Assembly: GCA_951406725.2 (NCBI GenBank)
Contig: OX597821.1
Coordinates: forward strand, 96,720,001-96,784,000
Direction of reading: 5' to 3'
Source of the DNA: Octopus vulgaris
Lineage: Eukaryota
DNA: 64,000 nt
A program made the translations under genes and the position numbers. The notes beneath the pieces are model-generated. The model was not told where the DNA came from and ran no database searches. It saw only the letters and a list, made by a program, of their open reading frames with translations. Shown piece after piece: positions 17,380 to 33,847 of the stretch; position 1 is the stretch's first letter, and every line of letters starts with the position of its first letter.

Positions 17380-17778
17380 ATCACGTGACCGACCAGACTA
17401 TCAGATGTTGCTACACATCGCTGGTCACAATGCGTTCGCATTGTTTTAGCCTTCGCATAACGCCATCCCGCTTGGCACCAGTGACATCGCAGCTCATTTA
17501 TTAACGCGCAAGTGGCTGAGCACTTCACAAACACGCGTACCCTTAACGTAGTTCTCGGGGAGATTCAGCGTGACACAGAAACAGGAAGAAAGAGTGAGAG
17601 AAACAGTGGTGAAAGAGTGCAGCAGGGATCACCACCCATCACCACCCCCTGCCGGAGCCTCGTGGAGCTTTTTAGGTGTTTTCGCTCAATAAACACTCAC
17701 AACGCCCGGTCTGGGAATCGAAACCGCGATCCTACGACCGCGAGTCCGCTGCTCTAACCACTGGGCCATTGCGCCTCC
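17380..17778 (-). mobile_element. tRNA-derived SINE, family C
   Basis: Head ggaggcgcaatggcccagtggttagagcagcggactcgcggtc...ggtttcgattcccag with A and B boxes; second copy 22170-22683. Confidence 0.85.
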
Positions 17779-17853
<75 letters not shown>

Positions 17854-18037
17854 AATATGTATATATATATATATATATGCGTGTGTGTATATGTATGTGC
17901 ATATGTATGTGCTTATGTTTATATATATATATATAATATAGATAGATGTGTGCAAATATGAACGTGAGTATGTCTATAATTATGTGTATACTTTCATATA
18001 CACCTATATGTGTATGTATGTATGTATGTATGTATGT

Positions 18038-18236
18038 AGAAAGTTCCTGGCTTTGGGTAAAAGAAAATACAGAAGGATCAGTTAATCATTATTTTATTCC
18101 CCTTTCAGATTCACACACATATTGCAGCGGTCCTTTAATTTTTCTAAGCCCTGTAAAAGAGGTCGGAAAATCAGGCCTCAAACCAGATCTTTCGCGATAC
18201 CTAAAATTCCAGGAACTTTTCAGCACCCCCTCTTAT
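18038..18236. mobile_element. Mariner-like MITE
   Basis: Inverted termini aaagttcctgg / ccaggaacttttcagcaccccctc-tta. Confidence 0.5.
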
Positions 18237-18499
18237 GTACACAAGACGAATTGGCACAGTTATTATAGCGTCTGATAGAATATACCGATGTGTTTGTTCC
18301 AGTTCTCTGCACGTTGAGCTCAAATCTTTCCGAGATCAACATAGCTATTCATCATTTCGTAGCTGATTAAAAAAGTACGAATCGAGAGCAGTGGATTGCC
18401 GAAGCTGTTAGATCATCGGACAGGATATTTAGCGACATCTGTTCCGTTTCTTTACGTTCTGATAGTAACGCTTGTGACGACACAGAGTAAAAAAAAGTA

Positions 18500-21480
18500 A
18501 CATGGCGTCCCACTGTTCGATACACACATAGTCATCTACAACAGATGACTTCCTTGAAAAGTAAAACAAGTGACCTTACTTCCAACCAGACACGATCTAC
18601 GTGCAGTTACGCAACTAACTTTCAATACCATCATATTGGATGGGGGAAAAGCTGAAGAGGTCAGTCTCCTGAGTATGAAAGAAAGAAAAGGTTTTGGATA
18701 GAACTTTGGAACAGGTCAGTGAGTCATAACGAAAATACAGAGTTAACACAGCTGGAGAGTCAGTGTGCTAATGTGCTGAAACTAGAGCGACAGAATTGAT
18801 CTGAAACTATCAGATTGCATGAAAGGACCATTTGCATGCCTGCAGCAGAGACACGTAAGGTGTGAACGAACGATGTGTTTTAAAAATCCCATGACAGTTA
18901 AACTGGATTCGACCAACGACATGTTTGACTTATATGGAAGCTTACGCGTTCAATAAGTTCTGACCCACCAGTTGAGAAGCTGAAAAGAATTACAGCTCTG
19001 AATTAATTGTGGTTTCTGATTTACAGGTGTTTGAACCGTCAAGTGTGAAATGGAGCCTGAAAGGACGCACACCACGGGAGACTTTGATGAAATGAAAGTA
19101 ACTTATGGTGATGATGCCCCATCATATGACCTTGTAAAACGCTGGCATCGTGAATTCAAACATGGTCGGAACTCTGTGGAAACAGCTCCCAGATCTGGTC
19201 GCCCCTTCTGCCATTGATGAGGCATCTGAGTTGAGGCTGCCGTTTTGGAAGATCGACGTGCCAAATAGCCCATGAGGAAGATGTACCGGGTCTGTGGAAA
19301 CTATCAATGACCATTTTTGCAAAGAGACAGGTTGATTCCAGAAGCAAGAACGCGTCGAGTGCTCGAGGGTGAATTTGGAGACAAGAAGATGAGTCAAAAT
19401 TTTTCAAAAGACTGATTACACAGGATGAAACCTGGGTCCATCACGATGATCCAGAGACCAAAGCCCAGTCAATGCAGTGGAAGCACCGTGACTCACCCCC
19501 TCCAAAGAAGGCAAGGGTGCAGCCCTCCGCTGGCAAGGTCATGCTCACAGTCTTCTGGGACCAGGACGGAGTAGTAATGACGGATTTTCTGGCAAAGGGT
19601 ACCACAATTGCAGGAGCCTATTATGCTTCACTTTTGAGGAAATTAAGAGAAGTTATCAAAATCAAGAGGCGGGGCAAGATCAGCAAAGGCATCCTCCTCC
19701 TGCCGGACAACGCTCGCATGTCGCCAGATCAGACGCACAGGCGTATGGCTATGAACTCCTCCCCATCCCCATACTTTCCTGACCTTGCACCCTCTGATTT
19801 TCACCTCTTCCCAATCATGAAGTTGTTTTTGAAAGGAAAGCGTTTCCCAGATGATGCAGCCTTGATTTCTGAAGTCACGTTGAGGTTGGAGAACCAAGCT
19901 GGGTTCTTCTACAAAAACGGTCTCCAGAGCCGCATCAAACAATGGGAGAAATGCGTAACTCTGGGTGGTTCCTATGTAGAAAAAGACTAATAACTGTGCC
20001 AAGTTTCGTTGCTCTACTGCTATGGGAAGTGGGTCAAGGGCATTACTTATTGAACGCCCCTCGTATGACCAGTGTCTTGGTGGAAAAGTTATACCATCAT
20101 CTGGAAAGTGTTAATTTACTTCCAGCAGAACAGGTAGTGTGCAGAAGGTAAGGTAGAGCAACAGAAGTCCAACTGTATGCTGATAAAATTGTAATCAGAA
20201 ATTGCACCGCAAAATGTTGGGATTGGATGTGGCATGGTTCGTATTATAACAAAATCATATGACATGATGCCGCACAATTGGATAAATAAAACATATTTGA
20301 AATGGCAGAAAATATGATGACACTGGTCCTTAGTAACAGGAAGCCTACAGACTTGATTGAAGGAAATCAAAGACTTGAGAAGCTGAACATCAGACGTGGT
20401 ATATTCGAAGGTGATGTTTGCTCTTCATTAGTATATGTATTGGTCATGATACTACGAAAGGTCAAAATAGCTTACGATTTGGGAAAAGGCTATGATCAGA
20501 TAAATCATCTCCTATTCATAGATGATTTAAAGTTTTATGTGATAAACTAGAAGCAGCTGCGAAGTCTTGTACATACATACTGTTCGCATTTTCTCATATG
20601 ACGTACGACGAGAAATGGAAATTCCGGTTTTAAAAGTACATTATCTTGATAATGAAACGAAGGAGATTTGAAAGAAGCCAGAGAATTGGAATGTCAAATG
20701 AGCAAACTGTGAATTCGATTGAGAAAGGCCAACAGCATATATATTTGTGGCTACTGGAGGCGGTTGAAATAAAGCATGAAGAGATGAAGCAGAATGTAAG
20801 GAGGGAATATACAAGGAGAGTGAGGAATATATTGCAGTCAAGATTGAATTCAAGAAATGTTATTGAAGCAGCTAATTCAAGAGCTGTGCTATTTATCAGA
20901 TGTAGCGTTCGAATTGCGGATTAGACAGCAAGTGAAATGCAGAAACTAATGAGAAGTAGAGTGTTGTTCAATATATATATTGAGCTCACCACCTGAAATC
21001 TGATATTAACTGGTTGTGCTTTGAAGAGAGATCAAGGTGGAAGAAGCTTAATTTGTGTGGAAGAGTGTGAGATGATGAAACGAAGCAGCTTATTTGATCA
21101 TTTGCAAAACACAGAGTAATTAGAAAAGGCAATGAGTAAGAACATGTGGTCAAGATTGGAAAGGGTGAAAAGAATAGAAATGAAATTGAAAGAGAGCACG
21201 AGGAACAGATTGAAGATTAACTTTTTCATGGTCAGTTTTGGAAAGCTTCTGGTGTCAGTAAAATATAGAGCATGTGGAATTTGAGATGAAATAATGTCAC
21301 ACGTTGTTGCAAAGACATGGATACATGGTCAAGTTGTGAAGGTTTTAGTCTAGAAGTTTCGTGAGAAATATGGTTTTGAAGCAGGAAGTACGTGGTACAA
21401 TCATCGAGCAATTGAATCGGAAACATGCACTTGGCAAGAAATGGAAGCCAAATTGAAAGAAGAGAGTAAGGATAATGATA
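18500..21480 (+). pseudogene. Heavily decayed R4/Dong-like LINE interrupted by a mariner
   Basis: ..WKL|MTSVLVEKLYHHLE..LLPAEQ, RRGIFEGD, INHLLFIDDLK, EYTRRVRNILQSRLN motifs. Confidence 0.7.
18943..20065 (+). mobile_element. Mariner (DD34D) transposon, degenerate, with TIRs and TA target duplication
   Basis: TIR cgttcaataagt / acttattgaacgcccctcg-TA; transposase motifs ITQDETWVHH, PDNAR, PYFPDLAPSDFHLFP (ORF 19472-19990). Confidence 0.9.
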
Positions 21481-22169
21481 ATAATCCCTTATATAGGCAC
21501 AAGTTCGGAAATTTGATGGAGGGGGAATTATTGATTCTGTCATCTCCTCTACCACAAGGAAACAACGATATATGAAACAATAACCACCGCTACTACTACC
21601 ATCGCCATAACTACCATCACCACCAAAAACAACAACCCCGTGAGCACATGTGTAATCAATCATAACCACTACAACAGCAATAATAACATCTCTCTCCAAA
21701 TGGTTTATTTATTACTTACTTTTTAATAACTGATATTAAATATATGTCATTTTAAGCTAAATTTTTTCAATATTACAGTACAACAAAAACAGATAATTAT
21801 ATATATATATATATATATATATCACTTTTTATCTGCAATTCACATCCTAAATATATATTATACCACATTGTCACTATAGTAAACGATAAGCAATCACATC
21901 ACACACTACATCTTATCTACAGCACACACAATATCCACATCACATCATAACTACGCTGCATATCATATAACTACTGCACATCTCACATCATACAACAGAC
22001 CGCATTATAACTGTAGCACAGACTGCATCAGACCTACTACAGTACAGTTCACATTACATCGACAACAGCATTGCATCATATTTAAAAAATATCACGTCAT
22101 AACTCCTGCAGACGTCACATATTACAACCATATCATACATCACAGCATATTATAACTATATCCTACTTT

Positions 22170-22683
22170 TTGTGACCCCCCCTCGGTCATGAATGACCAT
22201 GGGATTGCACCTAGAAAGTTACTCTCCGAGGCACAAATCTGAGTAAGGTTGTTTATGGAAGACCAGCAGTCGCCTACGCATACCAGCCTCCCCTCTCCAC
22301 ACCACCGATGTTATCCAAGGGAAAAGCAAAGGCCGATACAGCTTGGCACCAGTGACATCGCAGCTCATTTATTAACACGCAAGTGGCTGAGCACTCCACA
22401 GACACGTGTACCCTTAACGTAGTTCTCGGGGAGATTCAGCGTGACACAGAGTGTGACAAGGCTGGCTCCTTGAAATACAAATACAACAGAAACAGGAAGA
22501 AAGAGTGAGAGAAAGTTGTGGTGAAAGAGTACAGCAGGGTTCACCACTACGACCCTGCCAGAGCCTCGTGGAGCTTTAGGTGTTTTCGCTCAATAAGCAC
22601 ACACAATGCCCGATCTGGGAATCGAAACCGCGATCCTACGACCTCGAGTCCGCTACCCTAACCACTGGGCCATTGCGCCTCCA
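22170..22683 (-). mobile_element. SINE family C
   Basis: Homologous to 17380-17778. Confidence 0.85.
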
Positions 22684-23194
22684 CAACTATATCCTACATC
22701 ACAACATAATTGTCGCACACAGTGTAACTACAATATAACTACAATTCACATTGTCTCATAGTTAAAGAATATATCACATATGATGTACATCATATAATAA
22801 CTGCAAACGTTATGCATTACATCATAACTATAGAAAATATCATTCATAACTACAATACGCATGATATTTTAGCTACAACACACTCCATGAATATAACATA
22901 TGCAACTACATCACAAATCACATATGCAGAAGTCATCGTATCTGTAACACATATTATTGCAGCACTCGCCATAAGTACAACGAAAAAATTTCAAGTCGCT
23001 AAGCCGCTGCACAAAAATGCTTACAGGTGTTCCTTCTGGTTCTTTACTTTCTGAGTTCAAATTCCGCCGACGTTGACTTTGCCTTTCATCCTTTTGGAGT
23101 CGATAAAATAAGTACCAGTGAAACACTGGACTAGATGTGATCCACTAGTCCCCCCTCCCCACAAATTTCAGGCCTTGTACCTTTAGTAGAAAGG

Positions 23195-23284
<90 letters not shown>

Positions 23285-23287
<3 letters not shown>

Positions 23288-24736
23288 TAGCTTTATTTTT
23301 ATAGCGTGCTTTCACTTCACTACCGAGCGCAGCTCTGTATGCCTTGGGTATGTGCTGTGATTTGTTGTGATACTCTGATGGTTATTGTATGGAAAGTGTT
23401 CTGCGTAGGATGTGTGCAGTGCCTAGTAGTGCAATTTTCTGTATGTTATATGTGTTTGTAAGTCCTGGTGTTTTTGTTATGTATTTGTCTGAATATTTTT
23501 TTATCATGCCTAATGCACCTACTATGATAGGAATTGTTTCTGTTTTCAGATTCCACATTCTAGTTACCTCTATTTCCAGGTCTTTGTATTTTGAGAGTTT
23601 CTCCATTTCTTTTAGAGACACGTTGTCATCAGCCGGTATTGATACATCAATTAGAAAGCATTTTTTTCTTCATGATCTCTGACAACTATATCTGGTCTGT
23701 TGGCCTTAATTTCTCTATCTGTGTGTATCGGCATATCCCAGAGTATGGTTGCTTTCTCGTTTTCTGTGACCTTTTCTGGTGTGTGCCTATACCATCTTTT
23801 TTCTGTTGTTATTCCATACTGTTGGCATAGCTTCCAATGTATGTAGGTTCCAACTCTGTCATGTCTGTGAATATATTCCTTCTTAGCCAGGACTGGGCAG
23901 CTAGAGATAATATGATTTATTGTTTCTTGTCCATCTCCACATATTCTGCAGTTGCTTGTAATATTTCTTTTCATTACATGTTTTTGGTAATTTCTGGTGG
24001 GGAGGCTTTGGTCTTGTGCTGCAATTAAAAATCCCTCTGTTTCTGCTTTGAGTCCTGAGCTTCTCAACCATTGCTGGGATTTTTCTTTGTCTATTTCTTT
24101 TGCGTTTAGTTTAGTCCAGTATTTACCATGAAGGGGCTTTTCTTGCCATCGTTTTATCATGGTTCGTTGCTGTTCTATTTTTAGTTTGGATTTCATTTGT
24201 TTTATAACTTTTGTTGTTTCTTCATCTTCTTCTTCTTCTTCTTCATGTTTATTAGGTGGTATGATTTCTTGTTTGTATTTGTCAGCTTCCTTAAATACTG
24301 AGAACAGTTTTTTGTTTTGCTCGTGTTTTGCCGCTATCTGGATCAGTTTTCCTTCCTTCTGAAGTAGATATTTTTGCAGTCCTATGGTGGTTATTTTATA
24401 GTAGTTTTCCAGCTGTATAAGGCCTCTACCACCTTCTATACGTTGTATATATAGTCTTTCTATGTCAGATTTTGGGTGATGCATCCTAGATCCTGTCATT
24501 ATTTTTCTTGTTTTCCTATCTATTTTGGTCAGTTCATTTCGTGTCCAGTTAAGGATATTGTAGCTGTAACTTATAACTGGGACAGCTAAAGTGTTGATAC
24601 CTATTATCTTGTTTTTTAGCATTGAGATCTGTGTTTAGTATTGATCTAACTCGTCTATAATATTCTTTTTTTATTTTCTCTTTCATTTGTGTGTGTTGTG
24701 TCTTATCTAGTTCATGGATTCCTAAGTATTTGTAAG

Positions 24737-24739
<3 letters not shown>
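23285..24739 (-). mobile_element. Second, near-identical 5'-truncated R4/Dong-type copy in (TAA)n
   Basis: ORFs 23651-24622 and 23382-23621 are almost identical to the 5.9-7.2 kb proteins; same 3' UTR; (TAA)n on both sides. Confidence 0.92.
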
Positions 24740-24818
<79 letters not shown>

Positions 24819-25022
24819 TATGTTTGACTTTTGCTTTATATTTGTACAAGTTGGCTCCAAGTCTCACCCAGAGACCTCAAGAGACAACCGGTTGGAAGTT
24901 CAAGTTGTTGTTATGCCTAGTGTGCCATATATTTGGGGGTTTTTTGGTGTTGTACTAGTGGATGTCTAAAAAAATGTTTGTTTTAAACCTTGAGGTTACA
25001 TAGAAAGTATTATTATAATTAC

Positions 25023-25133
<111 letters not shown>

Positions 25134-25379
25134 CCTCATTATTATTATTATTTTATTATTTTCCTCCTTTCTCCAAACTTTCTTCCGTTTCTCGCCGAGT
25201 GTTTTCCGTACACCAAGAGCAGAGAAGCTCATTGTATGCATTCCCAGATTACACACGCAAATTCACAGGTAAAATATGTATTTAAAAAATTAATAAATAA
25301 ATAAATTCATGAATGGATGTTGTTTTCACAGCGATAATGCTCTTCTCAGTACATGAGTCGTTCCAGTTAACACGATTTA

Positions 25380-26103
<724 letters not shown>

Positions 26104-27510
26104 GTTGGCGGAATCGTTTGAGCAACGCGGCGAGTGAGGGAAACATCCTTAGTGGCATTTCTTCCAACTCATTACGTTCTGAGTTCAAATTCCGCCGAAG
26201 TCGATTTTGCTCTTTCATCCGTTCGGAATCGATAAAATAAGTATCAGTTGTGCACTGGGATCGATGCTATCGACTTAATCCCCCACCCTACCCCGCCCCC
26301 GCCCCCGAAATTGCTGCCAAAATTTGAAACCAATACTGGATAGCCTGAGAAAAGCTGTGAATTGGCAGAATCGTTAACACGCTGGGCAAAATTTTTAGCG
26401 CTTTTCGTCCGGCTTTACGTCCTGAATTCAAAATTCTGCCGAGGTTGGCCTTAGCTTTCATCCTTCGGAGTCGATGAAATAAGTACCATGTAATAGACTG
26501 GCCTCTCCCTCAAAATTTCTTGTCACCTTTGTTATTATAACGGGTGACAAGCACGCAGTTATTGAATGGATTTACTCTGAATATGCGTCCGTGGGGCGGA
26601 GAAGGCACGGAGAAAGCATCGACTTTCACTTCATGTTGAACATAATTCTGGGTTTGTACGGTCTGTTTCCTTGATTATACCGTAATAAGATTACTTGCTT
26701 TCTGTTGTTTTCCCAAATTTTATGAAATATTAAGTAAAAAATTTCACTATGCATCCCTCGCACTTGTATAATTAAATCCTTATAGATCAACTTAATTTTT
26801 CATTCTCTCGGAGCTGACAAAATGAAATATTACTTAAGTGCTGACAAATTATGCAGTAACCCACAAATATGCGACCTGCGATCAAATAACTCACAGATAT
26901 AATCGCATCTGATGCCGACATAATTTTATTCGCCCAGTTTGGGTAGTCTTTAGTCGATGGCGAAAGACATTCAAAATAGTGAATCGTTGATTCGAAATCG
27001 TGACACCCAAGATTGTGAAGCGATCTTCTGAAAACATCTGAACAGAACTGTACGCGCACACATTCAGGTGTAAAACATTAATGAATACTAATTACACAGT
27101 TGTATTATCAGTCTGACGGAGGTGGTGGAATAATATAACACTTTGTTTCATTCTACTTCTTTCAATCATTTCAAAATGGCAATTAAAACAGAAACCAGCA
27201 ATTTTATCTAAATTCACACATGGAGAACAAACTGGATTAATCTTATACCGAGAGAATATTTTAGAAACAGCCTCTTAATTATAACAGCTGGTATTAATCA
27301 CGACCTCTACTAACCAGACGACGACAATACGAATGGTCCGATATTAGTATGGTTCACTTATACAACAGGAAATGCCGAAATAATGTTTCAGGTTACTACA
27401 TAAATACTCAAATTCAAATCTTCTCTTCCATCATCTCTCGTTCTTTCAGACATGTAAAACATAATTGCTGTAAAACGTAACTAGGCACTAACTCACATTC
27501 TATACTTAAT

Positions 27511-27555
<45 letters not shown>

Positions 27556-27569
27556 TCACCAAACGTGTA

Positions 27570-27642
<73 letters not shown>

Positions 27643-27997
27643 GTAAATATCGATTAAATAAGACTGAGGGCTTAGTACTTTATTTATATTTTAAGGCTAC
27701 CATTGGTTTCATGTTAAGAAAATATCTCAACTCGCTATTAAACTGTTATTTGCACTGTGAACAAGGAGATCTGAAATGATGACTTGCATATTTATTTTTC
27801 ATACGTTCCAGAAGATTAGAACGCATATATGCTAATGGCAGCAATGAAGCGAGTGTGTTATGAGCACAATAATCATCGTAAAAAAAACAAGTTCTCCTCC
27901 TGTGACGTACAGGATAGCGATTAGCATATTTGCTTTTAACTCTGTCGGAAAGTATTAAAAGTAAATATGAAAGTCATCATTTACACACACACACACA

Positions 27998-28061
<64 letters not shown>

Positions 28062-28065
<4 letters not shown>

Positions 28066-28270
28066 TAATCCAAACAAGAAAACAAAAACAAAAAAACAAC
28101 AACGCAAGGACGTGGAACAAATAAAGTATTATTGGACGCTCAGGAAAGAAGGGAAGAAGGGGGTTTGACGTTTCGAGCGGAGCTCTTCGTCGGAAACATA
28201 GGAGAAGGAAAGATCCCGAGAAGGGAAGACAGGGGAAAAAATCGCTAGTGATACAGACGAGGTCACATAC
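28062..28270 (-). mobile_element. Dispersed copy of the ~210-bp hammerhead unit
   Basis: Reverse complement of the 55557-55765 unit. HHR 28163-28197 GUUU-CCGACGA-A-GAGC(ucc)GCUC-GAAA-CG-UC-AAAC; adjacent to (TA)n. Confidence 0.78.
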
Positions 28271-29231
28271 TAAAAGACTATATATACATACACAGCTAGA
28301 TATCTAGATATGCGTATGTGAACGTAGCTTCAATGAAATTTTTAAATTCCTTAAGAAAACATTTTAATACATGATGTTTTCTTTATTTCACTACTGATTC
28401 TATCTGTGTTAATGTTGCTCTTAACAACAGCTTTATTGTAATAGAATCAATTTCGATTATCAAATTGGGAAATTCTGGGGAAAACTAATAAATAAAGTAA
28501 ACATGTTGTGTTAATTTTTTTTATAAATATGTCAAATTGAATTTTCAAATACTGGTTTTATTTATTTATTTTTTCATACGATTCAAAATCTTATGTATTT
28601 TTCTGATATTTTTCTATTCATTTTTTATTTTTCTTCTTTGTGGGGTGGTTAAAGTTCTAAGAAATTCAAGCAAAGAGTACATTACTGTGTTAATTGCAGG
28701 GGTGGCAGACTATGAAAGAAATAAAAGAAATAATAAGTGAAAAAAAGAAAGATTACGAAAATTAGTTGAGGCAAAGAAAAAGCAAATGAAGAGACAAATA
28801 GACAAAAAAAATTGTGTTTTATTTTTTGAATATTTTCTATAATTTTTTTTTTCAATTTATATATTTGTTTATTTATTAATATATTTATTTGTTCGTTTTT
28901 CTTTGTTGTCTTTTTCTTTCAATTCAAACTTGTGAAATTGAATTTTAATGTTTTTGAAACATACTACAATAAACAAAAGTAAAACAAGTCTCCTCCCACT
29001 TGTGCTCCACAAAATGAAATTAGTACGGTAACCAAAAACAATGAAAGAAAAATACAATTAAGCAGTTAATAATTGTGTATGCCACAAGTTGGTCTTATAG
29101 TGGTAGTAAAATGTCGACCAGGAGGATAACTCACTGCACATAAAAGTATCTTCTGTTCAGTTATTGAGAGGCGTAGGAAATCTTACATTTCGGGCTATTG
29201 CACTTTGTCATATTGCAAAACAAGAGAGAGT

Positions 29232-29290
<59 letters not shown>

Positions 29291-30171
29291 TGTATATGAG
29301 AGAAAATGCTGTATGATTTGGATTGAGGACAATTAAAATGCTCATATGCTATGTTGTGCGTTTAAACATGTTGCAAGTGATTCGTTCATTTTCTCGAATA
29401 AAACCTTATTTCATCTAGCTGTTAGCAGTAATAGACATTTTATTGGATACGGAACATTGCGATAAATGATAGATTGTTGTAAAACCTAGGATATGAGCTA
29501 TGGGAATTGTTATTATGAATTGTTGCATTGTGATTGCACAGATGTTTTTTATAACAATGTTCGATCAATTAGGTTTGCTTTATTTCAAAGATACAAATTC
29601 TAATAACCTTTGATTTCAGCGTCTTAGATCTCGTTCCCAGACTATTCCACGTCACGTTCATTCAGCATATTTTTTTACGTTTCAAGGCAGTCTCTGTTAT
29701 TTTTCAAGGCTGCCTCTGATATTATAGCTTAATATCTTCTTCTACGCTCGAGTGGTCTAAATGATATTTTCTGTGGAAATATGTCTATTTTAGATAGCGA
29801 GTTTTATTATGCATTTCAGTTTTGCAAAATGGCGAACATTTTCAAGAATCAGACTAGATTTACGACAAGTAACTTGGTTTGATTCATGCACGCACGCACA
29901 CATAGTGACTTTACTCGGTAAGACGAACAAACGAATTATATGAATATGCACACCTGCGCCAGTGTCTGGTTCATGGGATCGTTATTCTGTTTAGTATAGA
30001 AACAATTAATTTCTTTGACTTAATTCGGTCTCATATAATACGCAGATCCATCACAAAGAATAGACACCTGACGACGATCAGGTATGAAACCAACTGAAAC
30101 GTATGTCAAAATATGTCCTTTCTACAATTGAGGTAAATAATTCGTAAAAATAATAATTACATATATAATAT

Positions 30172-30645
<474 letters not shown>

Positions 30646-31854
30646 GAATATGTAATTACGTGTGTTTCTGTACATGCGGGGGTTGCTATGTTAGCGTCAG
30701 TGTATACGAATGTATTTTTATGAACATCCATGTGCACAGTATTCGTATTAATATTCTTTCTGTTCCTCTATTCGTTTATACGTCTCAGCCCAAAGGTTGT
30801 GAAAAAGCTGTGGCTCTATCAGTATCATCGCCTTTTCAATGGCCATTCTCATGTAATTTGGCTTTTGATGAATGAGGAAGCTTGATACTACTGCACTCGG
30901 TTAAGTTTCTTGCCATGCTGTATATATGTGTATGTGTGTGTGTATATTATACATAAATATATATGCTTATGTGCGCGCATGTATGTGTGCGTGTGTGTGA
31001 CTGAATATGAACATATGTGTTTGTGACCGATATCAAAATGTTTTCTGCCTTTCATGCAAAAATCAATGTACGTAGTATTTTTAAATGCACAAAAAGTCTG
31101 TAATTTCATACTATTCCATTCCTATTTTATTTTTAATATTTAATATTCGAATTGTTTATAATTATATAATTTTTTAAAAATATAATTTGAAAATAGTACG
31201 AATAATAACAACAACAAAAATCAGAAGAGTAATTCACTTTATTAGCTACCGTCATTGAAAAGTTCTTTTTTTATCCAATCTATCGAGAAATTATTTCAAA
31301 TTATATGAAAGAGACTGTCGGAGAGAATTACTAATACCGAAGTAGAGACCGTGTCTTCAACTAACTCGAATTAATACAACGGTGACACAGCCATTAATCA
31401 ATTCAAATTGGTATTTAGAAGGTGATGGTGGTGATGGCGGCAACGGTGAAGGTGGTACTGGTGAAGAATAAGAAAAAAATGAAGCAAAAAGAAATTAATA
31501 AAGAAAGAAGATAACGTACAGATGTAGAAGACAAGAAGAAATATGGTTATAGAAGTCGAATTAAATAGAATTAATTCTAATTATTATCCCTGCAGCTTCG
31601 AATTATCATTAAAATTCTTATAAATTTAAGAAGAAAGAAATTCTTTTGGACACACCCAGAAACTAGATTTAGTCGTCAGGAGTCCTAGTAAGTTCTTGGC
31701 AAGCTTAATCAGCCATGGAGTGTTCGATACTTATTGAGACTCGTCTTTCACTTACACTGTGAACGTGAGAGATTGCTTTCCTAGTAAATATATTGGTTAA
31801 TTATGTTTCTTATGGTGTTGTTGGTTGGCGTACGGTAATACACCGCTTGGTACT

Positions 31855-32055
31855 ACTCTGGCAATTTCAACTCTTCTCCTCTGGAAGCCATCTACTCGCA
31901 ATACCAGAGGGCGCACACTCTCCTACCCCGATGTAATCTCCAGGGATACAGGCATCCAGCAACAGGACCTCCGTAATGCCATGATGGACTGTGAAGTCTG
32001 GCGTAGCATGGTAAATTCCATTGTCTCAACCACGGTCGAACAATGATGATGATGA
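31855..32055 (+). mobile_element. RTE-like LINE 3' end with (TGA)n tail
   Basis: LLLWKP...RGRTLSY.DVI.RDTG...LRNAMMD..VWRSMV followed by tgatgatgatga. Confidence 0.65.
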
Positions 32056-33553
32056 CTACTCTGTTTAGTGCTGAATAGCTATAGCATTCTTTATGTTGGA
32101 GACAATATTTCTAGTAGAATAATACCACATTATTTTAACACTTCCACTGCGAAATTAAAGATCAAAGTTATTCCAATAATAACGCTAAATATCTATCAAA
32201 AGGAGAAAAAATGGAAGATAGAATTGTTTTATTCTGAAAGTTACGCTACCTCAATAAACTTGACATGTCTCAACAGCAAATAGTTTTAAATATAACATTC
32301 CTCAACAAATGATAGATTGATATATTGACAGCAATCCGCAGTTAAGGATAATTAAATTTTAAATGGATATATCTTCTTCTCGAGTAAAAGGACTAATACC
32401 TAGCGGGATCCGCAAAAATTCTACCTTTTATAAATTCTCTTACTCTTAGTTGTTGCATTAAGTTATGTTTTCATTACATCATTTCGTTCTCTTTTACTCT
32501 TTTCTCTTTTACCTGTTTCAGTCATTTGACTGCGGCCATGCTGGAGCACCGTCTGTAGTCGAACAAATCGACCCCATGACTTATTCTTTGAAAGCCTAGT
32601 ACTTATTCTATCAGTCTCTTTTGCCGAACCTCTAAGTTACGGAGGATGTAAACACACCAGCATCGGTTGTCAAGTGATGTTGGGGGGGGGACAAACACAC
32701 AAACATAAGTATATATACATATATACAACGGGCTTCTTTCAGTTTCTCTCTACCAAATTCACTCACGAGGCTTTGGTCAGCCCGAGGCTATAGTAGAAGA
32801 CACTTGCCCAAGGTGCCACGCAAGGGTTCGTAATCAAGCTACTTACCACACAGACACTCGATAATCAGCTTGACAACGGATTAAGATTATGAGGCACAAT
32901 CCTGTTCAATGTGAAATCGAATCATAGGAGCACCAAATCTCCTTTGGCGTTGCCTTCTTATTTGAGTATTTCTCAAGTTGAGTAACTATTCGTCGATCAC
33001 GCTTTCTCATTACCTTTTGTTCTTTCTTGAAGTTTCTCCTGTTATCCTACCTGATGTTCTTCGTTCATATTATTTTGTTCTGTTGTTCTTCTCTCTCTCT
33101 TGATGTTGTCACATACAGTCATTTCTCTATTCATTATGTTTTCTCTTCGTATCTGATGATTTTCTTTTTAATAACACAGGCTTCCTACACGTTTCGTGCT
33201 AAGTGATCTTTTCCGTTGATTTTACTTTAAACTTTCTCTTATTTTCAATATTGTGCTCTCATCCTTTGTTTGAATCGTCTCTTCCTCTTTTGTGTTGCTT
33301 CAAGACTTTGATTTCCTTTCATAGTAAAAGTTATTAAAATAAAATAAATTTTTTTATTGCAATAAATACACAAAAGTGTAATTAATAGTTTCAAGAAATT
33401 TTTAGGGATTTATTCGATTTTAGGCAGTGATTCGATTATGTCGAACCTACTATTTGACTGGTGCTTCATTTTACCGACCCTGAAAGGATGAATTTGAAGT
33501 TGACCTCGACAGTATTTCGACTCAGACTGTAAGAAGGTGGAAAAATACTGCAT

Positions 33554-33815
33554 AGGCGCAGGCGTGGTTCTGTGGAAAGAAGCTTGCTTCCCAACTACAT
33601 GGTTCTGGGTTCAGTCCCACTACTGATACCTTCGGCAAGTGTCTTCTACTGTAGCCTCGGGCTGAACAAAACTTTGTGAGTGGGTTTAGTAGGCGGAAAC
33701 TGAAAGAAGCCTGTTATGTGTGTGTGTGTGTGTGCGTATGTGTGTGTGTGTGTGCGTATGTGTGCGTGTTTTGGTGTGTTTTCGCGTATGTGTGTGTGCG
33801 TGCGTGTGTGTTTGC

Positions 33816-33847
<32 letters not shown>

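Noticed and set aside
17700-17778. tRNA-like sequence (also 22605-22683)
   Set aside because: It is the head of a SINE continuing into a shared non-tRNA body; no complete acceptor stem.
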